Source of the DNA: an uncultured Acidobacteriota bacterium
Lineage (GTDB): Bacteria > Acidobacteriota > Thermoanaerobaculia > Gp7-AA8
Assembly: GCA_963822445.1 (NCBI GenBank)
Contig: CAWGHO010000002.1
Location: forward strand, 1,504,001 to 1,568,000
Direction of reading: 5' to 3'
Length of the DNA stretch: 64,000 nucleotides
The position numbers and the translations under genes are program-made. This document shows, piece by piece, positions 10,268 to 19,507 of the stretch. The stretch's first letter is position 1; each line of letters begins with the position of its first letter. Below the pieces are notes generated by a model. It made no database searches. It saw only the letters and a list, made by a program, of their open reading frames with translations, and was not told the origin of the DNA.

Positions 10268-11788
10268 TCACGGCTGCGGAGTGTTCGGGTTGGGGATGTC
10301 CGGCACGGGAGGCACGTTCGTACCGCCATGGCCCTGCAGCAGGCCGTTGTGCGCCGGCGCGAGGAACGGGAAGCGGGAGAGGAAGTTCTTGTCGTTCACC
10401 TCGACGCCTTTCGCGAGCCCGGCGCCCGGATCACCCGCCGCGATGAGGCTGATCAGGACGGTGTTGACGTTGACCTGATGACTCGCGGCGCTCGTTCCGC
10501 CGCCGAGCCTGCGTCCGTTCGGAAACTGCGAGTTCACGGCGGCGTCGATGGTGATGACGTCGCCCGTCGATCCGTCGGCGACCGGAATCGGCCGGCCCAG
10601 GTTGATCGCGTTGACGATGTCGAGCCGCGGGCCTTTCAGCGTCGCGATCGCGCTGGCCGGAACGCCGAGGGCTTTGTAGATGCCGAGGGCTTCGAGATCG
10701 CGAACGAGCACGGGGAAGAGAATGTCAGCGCCGAAGCGGCTGACGTCCTTCATCGGATCGGTGCGCAGGTAGAGCGTGTGCCGAGCCGTTCCGACCAACC
10801 CGGCGTTGAACAGCGGCAGCGCGTTGCGCCCGACCTGCACGTAATTGCCCGAGCCACGAACGCCGGTGACGATGTTCGTGGCATCGACGGTCTGCGTGGC
10901 CTGGCGGCTGATGCTCGTCCAGACGCGCAGCAGGCTGTCGGTCGAATTCGCCATGAGCTGGCCGTTGTGGGGAATGCCGTTCGGGAAGAGATCGGAAGTC
11001 GGAATCTCCAGCGCGATCGAGAAGACGTTGAAGCCGGTGAACACGTCTTCGATCGGCGTGCTGCGCGCGCCGGCAATGCCGCCGAGGTCGCCGCGGCCGA
11101 GGTTCACCAGGTCGAAGATGCCCTTCTCGTCGAGCTGATAGGGATCGTCGAACTGCCCGGCGATGATCCGTCCACCGCCGCCGAGTGTGTGGATGAACGT
11201 GTCGACGAAAGACTGGTCGTAGAGCGCGTCCTGGCGGCTGCCGTTGTCGCCCGAGTCGTAGCCTTTGAACGCGCCGAGGCCGTAGACCAGGCGATCGGTC
11301 TGCGGGCCGTGATTGTTCGGGAGCACTTTGAGGTTCTCGCCGAGGATGACCGGATTCGGCTGACCGGGGGCCATGACACGCGTGACGGTCATGGTCTCGG
11401 TCCCGCCGGTGAGCTGCCACAGCAGCTCATTGCCGCCGCCGAGCGGATCGCCCGCGCTGGGCGCGGCCTCGGCAGCGAGCGTGTTCTTGAACTCGATCCG
11501 GTAGACCGCCTCATCCTTGAGGCTGGTGCCCTTGCCGATGTGGAACTCGTAGCGGTAGCCGTTGCAGGCGCGGAAGCCCTGATTGCCCTGCCCCGGCTCG
11601 TGAAGCGGGTTGAAATTCATGATCAGGTAGAGCTTGTCGTGCGCGCCGTCCGACACCCACGCGTAGGTGTCGGTGTTGTCCGCGCAGGGCTCGTTGAGCA
11701 CCGCCAGGGCTTCGCGGTGCGACGACCCGAGCGCCGTCGCGGCAATGAAGATCAGTAAAACGATCGAGAGAGTGCGTATCGATGCCAT
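10268..11788 (-). CDS. DUF4331 family secreted protein
   Basis: Signal peptide followed by SSHREA, ADNTDTYAW, AGQFDDP, GFNVFSIALEIP, QVGR..PLFN, FPNGRRL, FPFLAPA. Confidence 0.85.
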   Translation of the reverse strand: MASIRTLSIVLLIFIAATALGSSHREALAVLNEPCADNTDTYAWVSDGAHDKLYLIMNFNPLHEPGQGNQGFRACNGYRYEFHIGKGTSLKDEAVYRIEFKNTLAAEAAPSAGDPLGGGNELLWQLTGGTETMTVTRVMAPGQPNPVILGENLKVLPNNHGPQTDRLVYGLGAFKGYDSGDNGSRQDALYDQSFVDTFIHTLGGGGRIIAGQFDDPYQLDEKGIFDLVNLGRGDLGGIAGARSTPIEDVFTGFNVFSIALEIPTSDLFPNGIPHNGQLMANSTDSLLRVWTSISRQATQTVDATNIVTGVRGSGNYVQVGRNALPLFNAGLVGTARHTLYLRTDPMKDVSRFGADILFPVLVRDLEALGIYKALGVPASAIATLKGPRLDIVNAINLGRPIPVADGSTGDVITIDAAVNSQFPNGRRLGGGTSAASHQVNVNTVLISLIAAGDPGAGLAKGVEVNDKNFLSRFPFLAPAHNGLLQGHGGTNVPPVPDIPNPNTPQP

Positions 11789-11871
11789 GCGGTTCCTCCT
11801 GTTTGTGAACGCACTGGTCTACGGGGGCCGGGAAATCCGCGGATCTGCGGCGGCCGTAGGAAAACCTGCAG

Positions 11872-12456
11872 ATGCGGCCGATCCTCGATCGCCAGTTCCG
11901 GGCAGTGCTCGACTCAGCGCCTGACGGCATGCTGGTCGAGTGCGGCGACTGCATCGCCTACGTCAACGCCGCCTACGCCCACCTCCTCGGATACGAAAGC
12001 GCGACCGAGCTCGCCTCGGCGACAATCGGCGACATCGCCCATCCGGAAGACGTGGACCGTCTGCGCTGGTTCGGCCGCTGCCGCGCGGAGGGCAAGCCCG
12101 CGCCGACGCGGTACACCTTCAGCGCGTGCGCGCGCGGCGGGACCGTGGTGACGCTCGACGCGAGCATCTCCGCGGCGCGCTGCGACGGAGAGCTGCTGAT
12201 CACCACGATCGTTCGCGAGGTGCATGTCGCTCAAAAGCCTGCCTTGGAGTTGCCCGGGACGAAGCACCTGTCTCCGCGAGAGCGAGAGGTCCTGCATCAC
12301 CTGCTCGACGGAAAGCGCTCGAAAGAGATCGCGTTGCTGCTCGACGTGTCGGAGAAGACGATCTGGTCCCATCGGGCGCGGGCGTTCCAGAAGATGGCGT
12401 TGCGGGGCGTGGGCGATCTGTTTCGCGTCGCGGCGGAGGCGGGGTTGATCCGATAA
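11872..12456 (+). CDS. PAS + LuxR-type HTH transcriptional regulator
   Basis: PAS (DSAPDG, YVNAAY, HPEDV); HTH LSPREREVL..GKRSKEIA..LDVSEKTI..HRAR. Confidence 0.88.
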   Translation: MRPILDRQFRAVLDSAPDGMLVECGDCIAYVNAAYAHLLGYESATELASATIGDIAHPEDVDRLRWFGRCRAEGKPAPTRYTFSACARGGTVVTLDASISAARCDGELLITTIVREVHVAQKPALELPGTKHLSPREREVLHHLLDGKRSKEIALLLDVSEKTIWSHRARAFQKMALRGVGDLFRVAAEAGLIR

Positions 12457-12467
12457 ACTCGCCCGCA

Positions 12468-13811
12468 GTGTCCGATTTCCCCATCGCCCTCGAAAACGTC
12501 TCCAAGAGCTACCGCCTCTGGGGCACGCGCTCGCAGTTCGCGACGCTGAAGAGCGCGCTGCTGAAGCGCGATCTGAAGATGGCGCCGGAAACGTCGATCG
12601 CGGCGATTCGCAACCTCTCCTTCGAGGTCCACCGCGGCGAGGCCTTCGGCATCATCGGCCGCAACGGCTCTGGCAAATCGACGCTGCTCAAGCTGATCTC
12701 GGGGATTCTCAAGCCGACGACGGGAAAGGTCGCCGTGAACGGCCGTGTCGCCGCACTCATCGAGCTCGGCGCGGGCTTTCATCCGGAGATCACCGGCCGC
12801 GAGAACATCTACATCAACGGGATCATGCTCGGCCTCACCCGGCGCGAGATCGACCAGCGCTTCGACAAGATCGTCGAGTTCTCGGGCATCTCCGAGTTTC
12901 TCGATCAGCCCGTGAAAACTTACTCGTCGGGGATGTACGTGCGGCTCGGATTCGCCGTGGCCGTGCATGTCGATCCGGACGTGCTGCTCATCGACGAAGT
13001 GCTGGCCGTCGGCGACGAGGAGTTCTCCGCGAGATGCATTGCCAAGATTCAGGAGATGAAGTTCCGCGGCGTGACGCTGCTCTTCGTCACCCATCAACTC
13101 GACCAGGTCCGCAATCTGTGCGATCGCGCGCTGTGGCTCGATCACGGCCAGCTCGAAGCGATCGGCGATCCGATGCGGGTCGTCGATGCGTATTTGCAGG
13201 AAGTGGCCGGCATCGCGCCCGCGCCGACGCCGCAGCCGGAAACGCCGGTGGCCGAGGAGAAGCGGACCGACGAGGAGGAACGCTGGGGCAGCGGCGAGAT
13301 TCTTCTCAAGCGCGTGGCCCTCACCGACGACCATGGTCGCGAGCTCGTGGCCATCGGCGCGGGCACGCCCGTGACCATCGATCTCGACGTCGAAGTGCGC
13401 GCGCCGCAGGAGGACTTCGTGTTCGGCATCGGCATCTACCACGCCGACGGAACGTGTGTTTACGGCACGAACACCGATCTCGAAGGCTTCGTGCCGGAAC
13501 GGATCGAAGGCTCCGCGCGCGTGCGATTCGTGATGCCGTCGCTCGATCTCGTGGCGGGCACGTATCGCGTCGATGCCGCCGTACACACGCACAACGGCCG
13601 GGCCTTCGACTATCGCCGCAATGTGATCCGCATCGTCGTCGGCTCGCGCGTCCACGACATCGGCGTCTACCGCCCGAAGCACGACTGGAAGTTCGACGGC
13701 GGAATCACCTTCAAGGCCATGGACTCGCTGCGGAGGAACGTGCCGGAAGCAATCGCCGAGGCGTTGCGGGAGGCCGAAGGCGATCCGGCAAAAGGGCGAA
13801 AGCGTCGGTGA
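12468..13811 (+). CDS. wzt: Polysaccharide ABC exporter ATPase with Wzt C-terminal domain
   Basis: GRNGSGKST, ELGAGFHPEITGREN, YSSGMYVRLGF, DEVLAVGD, RWGSGE; likely GTG start at 12468. Confidence 0.9.
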   Translation: MSDFPIALENVSKSYRLWGTRSQFATLKSALLKRDLKMAPETSIAAIRNLSFEVHRGEAFGIIGRNGSGKSTLLKLISGILKPTTGKVAVNGRVAALIELGAGFHPEITGRENIYINGIMLGLTRREIDQRFDKIVEFSGISEFLDQPVKTYSSGMYVRLGFAVAVHVDPDVLLIDEVLAVGDEEFSARCIAKIQEMKFRGVTLLFVTHQLDQVRNLCDRALWLDHGQLEAIGDPMRVVDAYLQEVAGIAPAPTPQPETPVAEEKRTDEEERWGSGEILLKRVALTDDHGRELVAIGAGTPVTIDLDVEVRAPQEDFVFGIGIYHADGTCVYGTNTDLEGFVPERIEGSARVRFVMPSLDLVAGTYRVDAAVHTHNGRAFDYRRNVIRIVVGSRVHDIGVYRPKHDWKFDGGITFKAMDSLRRNVPEAIAEALREAEGDPAKGRKRR

Positions 13812-13884
13812 CGTTACGACGTTGCGGGGTTACGGGGTTCTGAGGCAGTTGCCCCGCAACCCCGAAACCCCGTAACCTCGTAAC
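13810..13884. repeat. Octamer-array inverted repeat (GGGGTTAC-like x4 / CCYCGNAA x4)
   Basis: gacgttac gacgttgc ggggttac ggggttct ... ccccgcaa ccccgaaa ccccgtaa cctcgtaa. Confidence 0.8.
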
Positions 13885-13898
13885 AGAGGTCCCAAACA

Positions 13899-14657
13899 AT
13901 GGAAATGCCCTTCCTGATCGTCCTCGTCGTTCTCGGTCTTTACATCCTCAGCTCGATCAAGATCCTTCCCGAGTATGAGCGGGGCGTGATCTTCCGCCTC
14001 GGGCGACTGCTGCCTGAAGCGAAGGGGCCGGGCATCTTTCTGGTGTTTGCGCCGATCGACAAGATCGTGCGCATCTCGCTGCGGCAGGAGGCCTTCGAAG
14101 TACCGCCGCAGGACATCATCACCCGCGACAACGTCACGCTGAAGGTGAACGCGGTCATCTTCCTCAAGGTGACCGAGCCGCGTCGCGCGGTGGTCGAGGT
14201 CTTCGACTATCGCTACCAGACCTCGCAGTTCGCCCAGACCACGCTCCGCTCGGTCCTCGGCGAAGTGGAGCTCGACGACCTCCTCGCCCATCGCGATCAG
14301 CTCAACGTGCGCATTCAGTCGATTCTCGATCAGCACACCGAGCCGTGGGGCGTGAAGGTCGTGAACGTCGAGGTCAAGCAGGTCGACCTGCCGGAATCGA
14401 TGCTGCGCGCGATGGCCAAACAGGCCGAGGCCGAGCGGGAGAAGCGGGCGAAGCTGATTCACGCCGAGGGTGAGTTCGCGGCTTCGGCGCGGCTCGCCGA
14501 GGCGGCGCACGTGCTGGCCACGGAGCCCACCACCATGCAGTTGCGCTACCTGCAGACGCTGACCGAGATCGGCGTCGAGAAGAACACCACCATCGTCTTC
14601 CCGCTGCCGGTCGACATCCTGGCCGGCCTCGCCAACCTGAGCGCCAAGAGTAAATGA
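13899..14657 (+). CDS. SPFH/stomatin (slipin) family protein
   Basis: EYERGVIFRLGR, QDIITRDNV, AQTTLRSVLG, AKQAEAERE, QLRYLQTL. Confidence 0.93.
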   Translation: MEMPFLIVLVVLGLYILSSIKILPEYERGVIFRLGRLLPEAKGPGIFLVFAPIDKIVRISLRQEAFEVPPQDIITRDNVTLKVNAVIFLKVTEPRRAVVEVFDYRYQTSQFAQTTLRSVLGEVELDDLLAHRDQLNVRIQSILDQHTEPWGVKVVNVEVKQVDLPESMLRAMAKQAEAEREKRAKLIHAEGEFAASARLAEAAHVLATEPTTMQLRYLQTLTEIGVEKNTTIVFPLPVDILAGLANLSAKSK

Positions 14658-15217
14658 GCGAGTTGCTGATGATGGAGGCGGCGCTCTTTCAACTGCGCGC
14701 GGCGGTGGGCGATGACCCCGAGCTGATGGCAGTCCGCATCAGCGCGGACGTGCTCGCGAACGCGATCCAGGCCGCGAAGGAGCAGGGCATCAACGCCGCG
14801 CGCGTCAACGACATCGAGTTCTCGCTCAACGATCTCGTGACCGCCATCGACGATGCCGGCGCGCCGGACGCGTTGTGTAATCCGGTGGCGTTGCTGCAGA
14901 ACGATGCCGCGTCGTTGCGCACGGCAACGGCGTTGCCGGCGCCGCTGGTCGGCGCGATCCGCGACCTGCAGGTGAAATTGAAGGCGCGGGCGAAAGCGAT
15001 GGAGCGCGGTCAGTTCCGGACCGAAGGATCGCCGGAAGAACCGCTGCCGCATCCGCCGGCGGAGTTGCGCGACGCCGCGGTGCCGATTGCGCGTCAGCTC
15101 GAAGCGGCGGGATTCGAGACGCCGGTTCTCAATGCGCTCATCGCCGACCCGGAGAACCTCCGCTACCATATGCTCAACGAGATGGTGGACGAGCTGGATG
15201 TGATCGCGGGCGCGTGA
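14654..15217 (+). CDS. Hypothetical alpha-helical protein
   Basis: ORF with typical codon usage, immediately adjoining or overlapping the stomatin stop; no recognised motif. Confidence 0.7.
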   Translation: MSELLMMEAALFQLRAAVGDDPELMAVRISADVLANAIQAAKEQGINAARVNDIEFSLNDLVTAIDDAGAPDALCNPVALLQNDAASLRTATALPAPLVGAIRDLQVKLKARAKAMERGQFRTEGSPEEPLPHPPAELRDAAVPIARQLEAAGFETPVLNALIADPENLRYHMLNEMVDELDVIAGA

Positions 15218-15227
15218 GTCGCGCCGC

Positions 15228-15704
15228 TCAGCTCTCTTCGCGGATCTGCTGCGCGAGGTAGTTCTGCGCGCCGACCTGATCGATCAGCGCGAGCTGCGCC
15301 TCGATCCAGTCGACGTGCTCTTCTTCATCCTCGAGAATCTCTTCGAGCAGATGGCGGCTGTTGTTGTCGCCGAGCTCGCGGCAGGTCTCGATGCCCTTGT
15401 TCAGGCGCGGCAGGGCATGCATCTCCAGCGCGAGATCGACTTTCAGAATCTCGGGGACGTTCTCGCCGATGTTGATCTTGTCGAGCTTCTGCACGTTCGG
15501 GATGCCGTCGAGGAAGAGCACGCGCTCGATCAGTTCCTCGGCATGTTTCATCTCGCCGATGGAATGCTTGCGGATGACTTTCTGCAGCCGCTCGTAGCCC
15601 CAGTTCTCGCACATCTCCGCGTGCACGAAGTACTGGTTGATGGCGGTGAGCTCGGCGGTGAGAACGTCGTTGAGGATGTCGATGATGCGTTTGTCGCCTT
15701 TCAT
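15228..15704 (-). CDS. bfr: Bacterioferritin
   Basis: MKGD..II..LN..LTAELTAINQYFVH, EMKHA, ERVLFLDG, EEEHVDWIE; 158 aa. Confidence 0.95.
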   Translation of the reverse strand: MKGDKRIIDILNDVLTAELTAINQYFVHAEMCENWGYERLQKVIRKHSIGEMKHAEELIERVLFLDGIPNVQKLDKINIGENVPEILKVDLALEMHALPRLNKGIETCRELGDNNSRHLLEEILEDEEEHVDWIEAQLALIDQVGAQNYLAQQIREES

Positions 15705-15714
15705 GGGCGCAACG

Positions 15715-15939
15715 CTACACCATCGCGGGCTGAGCGGTATCGGCGGGCGTGGTGCAGGCCGGGCAGGCTTCGGCCGAGGCAGCGGCGGCACGGGCGAGCA
15801 TTCCGCGCAGGGCGTTGTGGCAGGAGCCGCATTGATCGCCGATGCCGCACCGCTGAAGGTCGCGCAGCGACGACGCGCCGGCGTCGATCAGTTTGTTGAT
15901 CTCGCGGTCGGATTTGCCTCGGCAGATGCAGACGATCAT
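15715..15939 (-). CDS. bfd: Bacterioferritin-associated [2Fe-2S] ferredoxin
   Basis: MIVCICRG...QCGSC; directly upstream of bfr. Confidence 0.9.
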   Translation of the reverse strand: MIVCICRGKSDREINKLIDAGASSLRDLQRCGIGDQCGSCHNALRGMLARAAAASAEACPACTTPADTAQPAMV

Positions 15940-15951
15940 GTTCGGTTCTGT

Positions 15952-15966
15952 TGAGACTGAGTCTCA
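15952..15966. promoter_or_regulatory. Fur-box-like 7-1-7 palindrome TGAGACT-G-AGTCTCA
   Basis: Perfect inverted repeat 12 bp upstream of bfd, with the same geometry as the Fur 7-1-7 box. Confidence 0.65.
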
Positions 15967-16057
15967 GTACGTGCATCATCCCGCGTTCTTTTCCTTTCGT
16001 CAATCGTTTCCTGCGGAGCGGCCGGAAATGGAACCCGGTTTGCACTAGGAAGCTGAT

Positions 16058-16594
16058 GTGAAACGTCTTCTGGCTCTTACACTTACGTGTCTTTTCTGGA
16101 GTCTCGGCGCGTCGGCCGAGCTCCGTCTCGAAGTCGACCTCTCCGATCGTCTATTGCGGGCCATCGTCGATGGCGAAGTGGTCCGCGAATACGCCGTTTC
16201 GGTGGGCAAGGACAAGTACCCGACCCCCGTGGGCGCATTCAAGGTTCGCAAAGTAGTCTTCAATCCGGCGTGGAAGCCGCCCGACTCGAAATGGGCGAAA
16301 GGCAAGACCGCCAAGCCGCCCGGGCACCCCGAGAATCCGATGAAGCTCGTGAAGATGTTCTTCCGCGAGCCCGACTACTACATCCACGGCACCGACGACG
16401 ACGACTCCCTCGGCGGAGCGGAATCGCACGGCTGTATCCGGATGAATACGGCGGACGTCGAGGAGCTCACGCGGCTGGTGATGGAGCACGGCGGCAAGCC
16501 GATGCCCGAGCCCTGGTACCGGCGGATCTTCCGCAGAAAGACGACGAAGGTCGTGTATCTGGAGATGGCCGTGCCGATGGAGATACGGAGTTAG
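16058..16594 (+). CDS. L,D-transpeptidase (YkuD family)
   Basis: Signal peptide; VSVG..YPTPVG, IHGT......ESHGCIRM. Confidence 0.92.
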   Translation: MKRLLALTLTCLFWSLGASAELRLEVDLSDRLLRAIVDGEVVREYAVSVGKDKYPTPVGAFKVRKVVFNPAWKPPDSKWAKGKTAKPPGHPENPMKLVKMFFREPDYYIHGTDDDDSLGGAESHGCIRMNTADVEELTRLVMEHGGKPMPEPWYRRIFRRKTTKVVYLEMAVPMEIRS

Positions 16595-18799
16595 TCAGTC
16601 TTCTAAATCAAATATCGCCATGTAGCGCAGCGGATTCGGATACGGCGGATCCGCTGGCAACACCTCGGCGGGCAGCCCCAGCTCCGCCGCGAGCAACTCC
16701 GCTTCCTCGCGCATCTCCGAGCTGTCGATCCCCTCGGCGCGAGCGCGGCGAAGCTCGCGTTTCGCGGTATCGACATCGCCGGCCGCCAACGCCTCCCGCG
16801 CGCGGATCAGCGAGAGAACCGGCGCGAGCAGCGGTTCCTTTTCGATCGTCTCCGTGTTCCACGTCCGCCATCGGTCAGATCCGATGCGAATGGCGAGCAA
16901 GCGCAAGGCTGCCCATGGCGCGGCAGGTGGCTGAACGGACGCTGCCTCGTCGAGGCGGCGATCGCGGAGCTCGAAATCGCCGCTTCGCCACGCCGTGTAC
17001 GCCGCAAATGCCGACGCGTCGAAGATCCGCACCGACAATCCGAGCTGACGCGCGCGCGTCCCGGTCTGCCCGAATCGACGCTGTGCTTCATCGAGCTCGC
17101 CGAGGCGCAGCATGGCGATGCCGGCGAGCAATCTCGCCTCGAGCTCGATCGTTCCCAGCCCTTCATCCGCCGCACTGCTCGCCGACAGATCGAACAGCTC
17201 CCGCGCGCGTTTGATCTCGCCGCGGCTCCATGCGACACGCGCCTCGACGTACGCGCGGAACGGCGGCCGCGATTGCAGTCGCGTGCGACGCAAATCGCGC
17301 AGCGCTCCTGCCGTGTCACCGAGCGACGCGCGATCGGCGAGGACGAGCATCAACCGGCGGTCGTCGGGCTTGCTGACGTCGATGTGCTGCAGCTCGCGGC
17401 GTGCGGCCTCGCGGTCGCGCTGGCCGAGGAGGATGTGTGCCGCGGCGAGACGGAGGCGCCACGCGGCGGGACGGACCTCCAGCGCCGATTTCGCCAGCGC
17501 CAGCTCGTGATTCCGATCGCTGCTCGGTGTAGCGAGATACCGCGCGAGCAGCGACTCGTACGTCGTCGGCGATCCCGACTCGAGACGCGCGTAGGCTTTC
17601 GCGGCCCAGGCTCGCCCGTCTGCCGGTTTGCCGGCGGCGTCGGCGAAGCTCGATAGAAACGCCGCCGGAAACGCCGTTGACGAAGGTCTGCGCCACGCTT
17701 CCTCGAACAGCTCCACCGCTTTCGGTCGATTGCCTTCCGCGTCGGCGCGCAGGGCGAGCTCGATGAGGCCGCGCGTCTCCGAGTCCGCGCGAATGTCGGA
17801 CATGCGCAGGTCGTATCCATGATCGATCTGACGCGCGCGCGATCGCTGAACGAAGAACGCGGCGGCGCCGGCGATGATCGCCGCGGCGATGACAGCCATC
17901 GCGATCCATCGTCGCGACTTCGGTCTCGGCAAACGTCGCGTCGGCCCCTGGCCGTCGAGCACCGCGCGGATCTCGCTCGCAAGCTCGCCGGCGTTCGCCA
18001 ATCGCTCGGAGCCCCTTTTGGCGAGGCAGTGCTGCACGATCACGTCGATGTCGCGGAGCAGCGACTCGCCGGTGTCCTGCAGGCGCGGCGCGGGATCGTG
18101 CAGCACGGCGACCATTTGCGAGATCGCCGAGCCGCGCTCGAAGGGCAGGCGGCCGGTGACCATTTCGTACAGCACACAGCCGAGGGCGAAGACGTCGGTT
18201 GCCGCGGTGACGCCGCGGGCTTCGATCTGCTCCGGCGCGGCGTAGCCCATCGTGCCGAGGACCACGCCGGGCTCGGTCGGCAGAATCTCCGTCGGTGAAT
18301 GAGCGCCGGTGGTGATTGGTCCGGTCCCGCCGCGGGCGAGACCGAAATCGAGAACTTTCACGCGACCGCTGGTGGTCATGAAGATGTTCTCCGGCTTGAG
18401 ATCGCGATGAACGATGCCGCGCGCGTGCGCCGCGGCGACACCATCGGCGATCTGGAGCATGACCTCGAGCGCCTCGCGCGACGTCAGTCGCGACCGCGCC
18501 ATCCGCGCGCGAAGCGTTTCGCCTTCGAGCAGTTCCGTGACCGCATAGTCGACGCCGTTTTCGGAGCCGACGTCGAAGATGGCCAGGATGTTCGGATGCG
18601 AAAGTGCCGCGACGGCGCGGGCCTCGCGGCGAAAACGCTCCAGCGCTTTCTCATCGCCGGCCAGCTCCGGCGGCAGCACTTTGATCGCGACTTCACGCTC
18701 GAGCCGCGAGTCGTGCGCGCGATAAACCTCCCCCATGCCGCCGGCGCCGAGGAGGCCGACGATCGTGTACGGGCCGAGGCGGGTGTCGGGGGCGAGCAA
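16595..18799 (-). CDS. Ser/Thr protein kinase with TM helix and helical/TPR-like C-terminus
   Basis: LGAGGMGEVY, VAIK, HRDLKPEN, DFGLA, GTMGYAAPE; probable TTG start at 18799 (the longer track ORF overlaps the divergent gene). Confidence 0.9.
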   Translation of the reverse strand: MLAPDTRLGPYTIVGLLGAGGMGEVYRAHDSRLEREVAIKVLPPELAGDEKALERFRREARAVAALSHPNILAIFDVGSENGVDYAVTELLEGETLRARMARSRLTSREALEVMLQIADGVAAAHARGIVHRDLKPENIFMTTSGRVKVLDFGLARGGTGPITTGAHSPTEILPTEPGVVLGTMGYAAPEQIEARGVTAATDVFALGCVLYEMVTGRLPFERGSAISQMVAVLHDPAPRLQDTGESLLRDIDVIVQHCLAKRGSERLANAGELASEIRAVLDGQGPTRRLPRPKSRRWIAMAVIAAAIIAGAAAFFVQRSRARQIDHGYDLRMSDIRADSETRGLIELALRADAEGNRPKAVELFEEAWRRPSSTAFPAAFLSSFADAAGKPADGRAWAAKAYARLESGSPTTYESLLARYLATPSSDRNHELALAKSALEVRPAAWRLRLAAAHILLGQRDREAARRELQHIDVSKPDDRRLMLVLADRASLGDTAGALRDLRRTRLQSRPPFRAYVEARVAWSRGEIKRARELFDLSASSAADEGLGTIELEARLLAGIAMLRLGELDEAQRRFGQTGTRARQLGLSVRIFDASAFAAYTAWRSGDFELRDRRLDEAASVQPPAAPWAALRLLAIRIGSDRWRTWNTETIEKEPLLAPVLSLIRAREALAAGDVDTAKRELRRARAEGIDSSEMREEAELLAAELGLPAEVLPADPPYPNPLRYMAIFDLED

Positions 18800-18883
18800 T
18801 GAGGGAAGGATAGACCTCCTGCGGCAGGGGGTCCTTCGGTGTCTGCGCGCCTCAGGATGACAGCGTGTGGGTATCCTTAATTC

Positions 18884-19507
18884 ATGAAGCGATTCATACG
18901 GGTGGCCGACGGCTTCTATCCAAACCCGGATGCGGTCCGGAAACGCGCGCTGTCGATGACCTACACCGAGCCGGAAAACCTGGTGGGATGGCGCACGAAG
19001 GCTTATCAGCCGCGCGGGATCAAGGAACGCATCGAGAAGCGATTCAGCCTGCGCATTCCGTACTGGGAAGAAGACGTGAACGCGATCGAAGCATGCAACG
19101 GCGTGTTCTTCACCAGTTACGCGAAAGGCGATCGCGGCGAGACCGTGGGGATTCATTACGACGACCCGCTGCCGTGGGTGATGTTCCTGATCTACCTCAC
19201 CCCGAAAGCGCCGTATGACGCCGGCACCTCACTGTGGCAGCACAAAAGCACCGGCCTCATGAAACCGCCGACGCCGACCGAAGCGAGGGAACGGGGATCC
19301 ACGGTCGAGAAGCTGCTGGCGATCCTCGAGCGCGACTCGCGCGTCCGCAGCCGCTGGACGGAGATCGACCGGGTCGGCAACGTCTTCAATCGCGCGGTGA
19401 TGTTTCCCGGCGGCTTCTATCACTCCGCGTCGCGCCACTTCGGTTCGGGGCTTCGTGACGGCCGCATCTATCAGTCTTTTCACTTTCCTGTGAAACTACT
19501 CGGCTAG
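18884..19507 (+). CDS. DUF6445-like / 2OG-Fe(II) oxygenase-fold protein
   Basis: DGFYPNPDAVR, IHYDD, IYLTP..GTSLW, NRAVMF....YHS (HxD...H pattern). Confidence 0.65.
   Translation: MKRFIRVADGFYPNPDAVRKRALSMTYTEPENLVGWRTKAYQPRGIKERIEKRFSLRIPYWEEDVNAIEACNGVFFTSYAKGDRGETVGIHYDDPLPWVMFLIYLTPKAPYDAGTSLWQHKSTGLMKPPTPTEARERGSTVEKLLAILERDSRVRSRWTEIDRVGNVFNRAVMFPGGFYHSASRHFGSGLRDGRIYQSFHFPVKLLG

Noticed and set aside
11940-12467. Apparent long N-terminal extension of Wzt
   Set aside because: Overlaps the PAS-LuxR gene in another frame; ABC homology begins at GTG 12468.
18800-19156. N-terminal extension of the kinase ORF
   Set aside because: Overlaps the divergent gene at 18884; kinase homology and a TATCCT hexamer support a TTG start at 18799.
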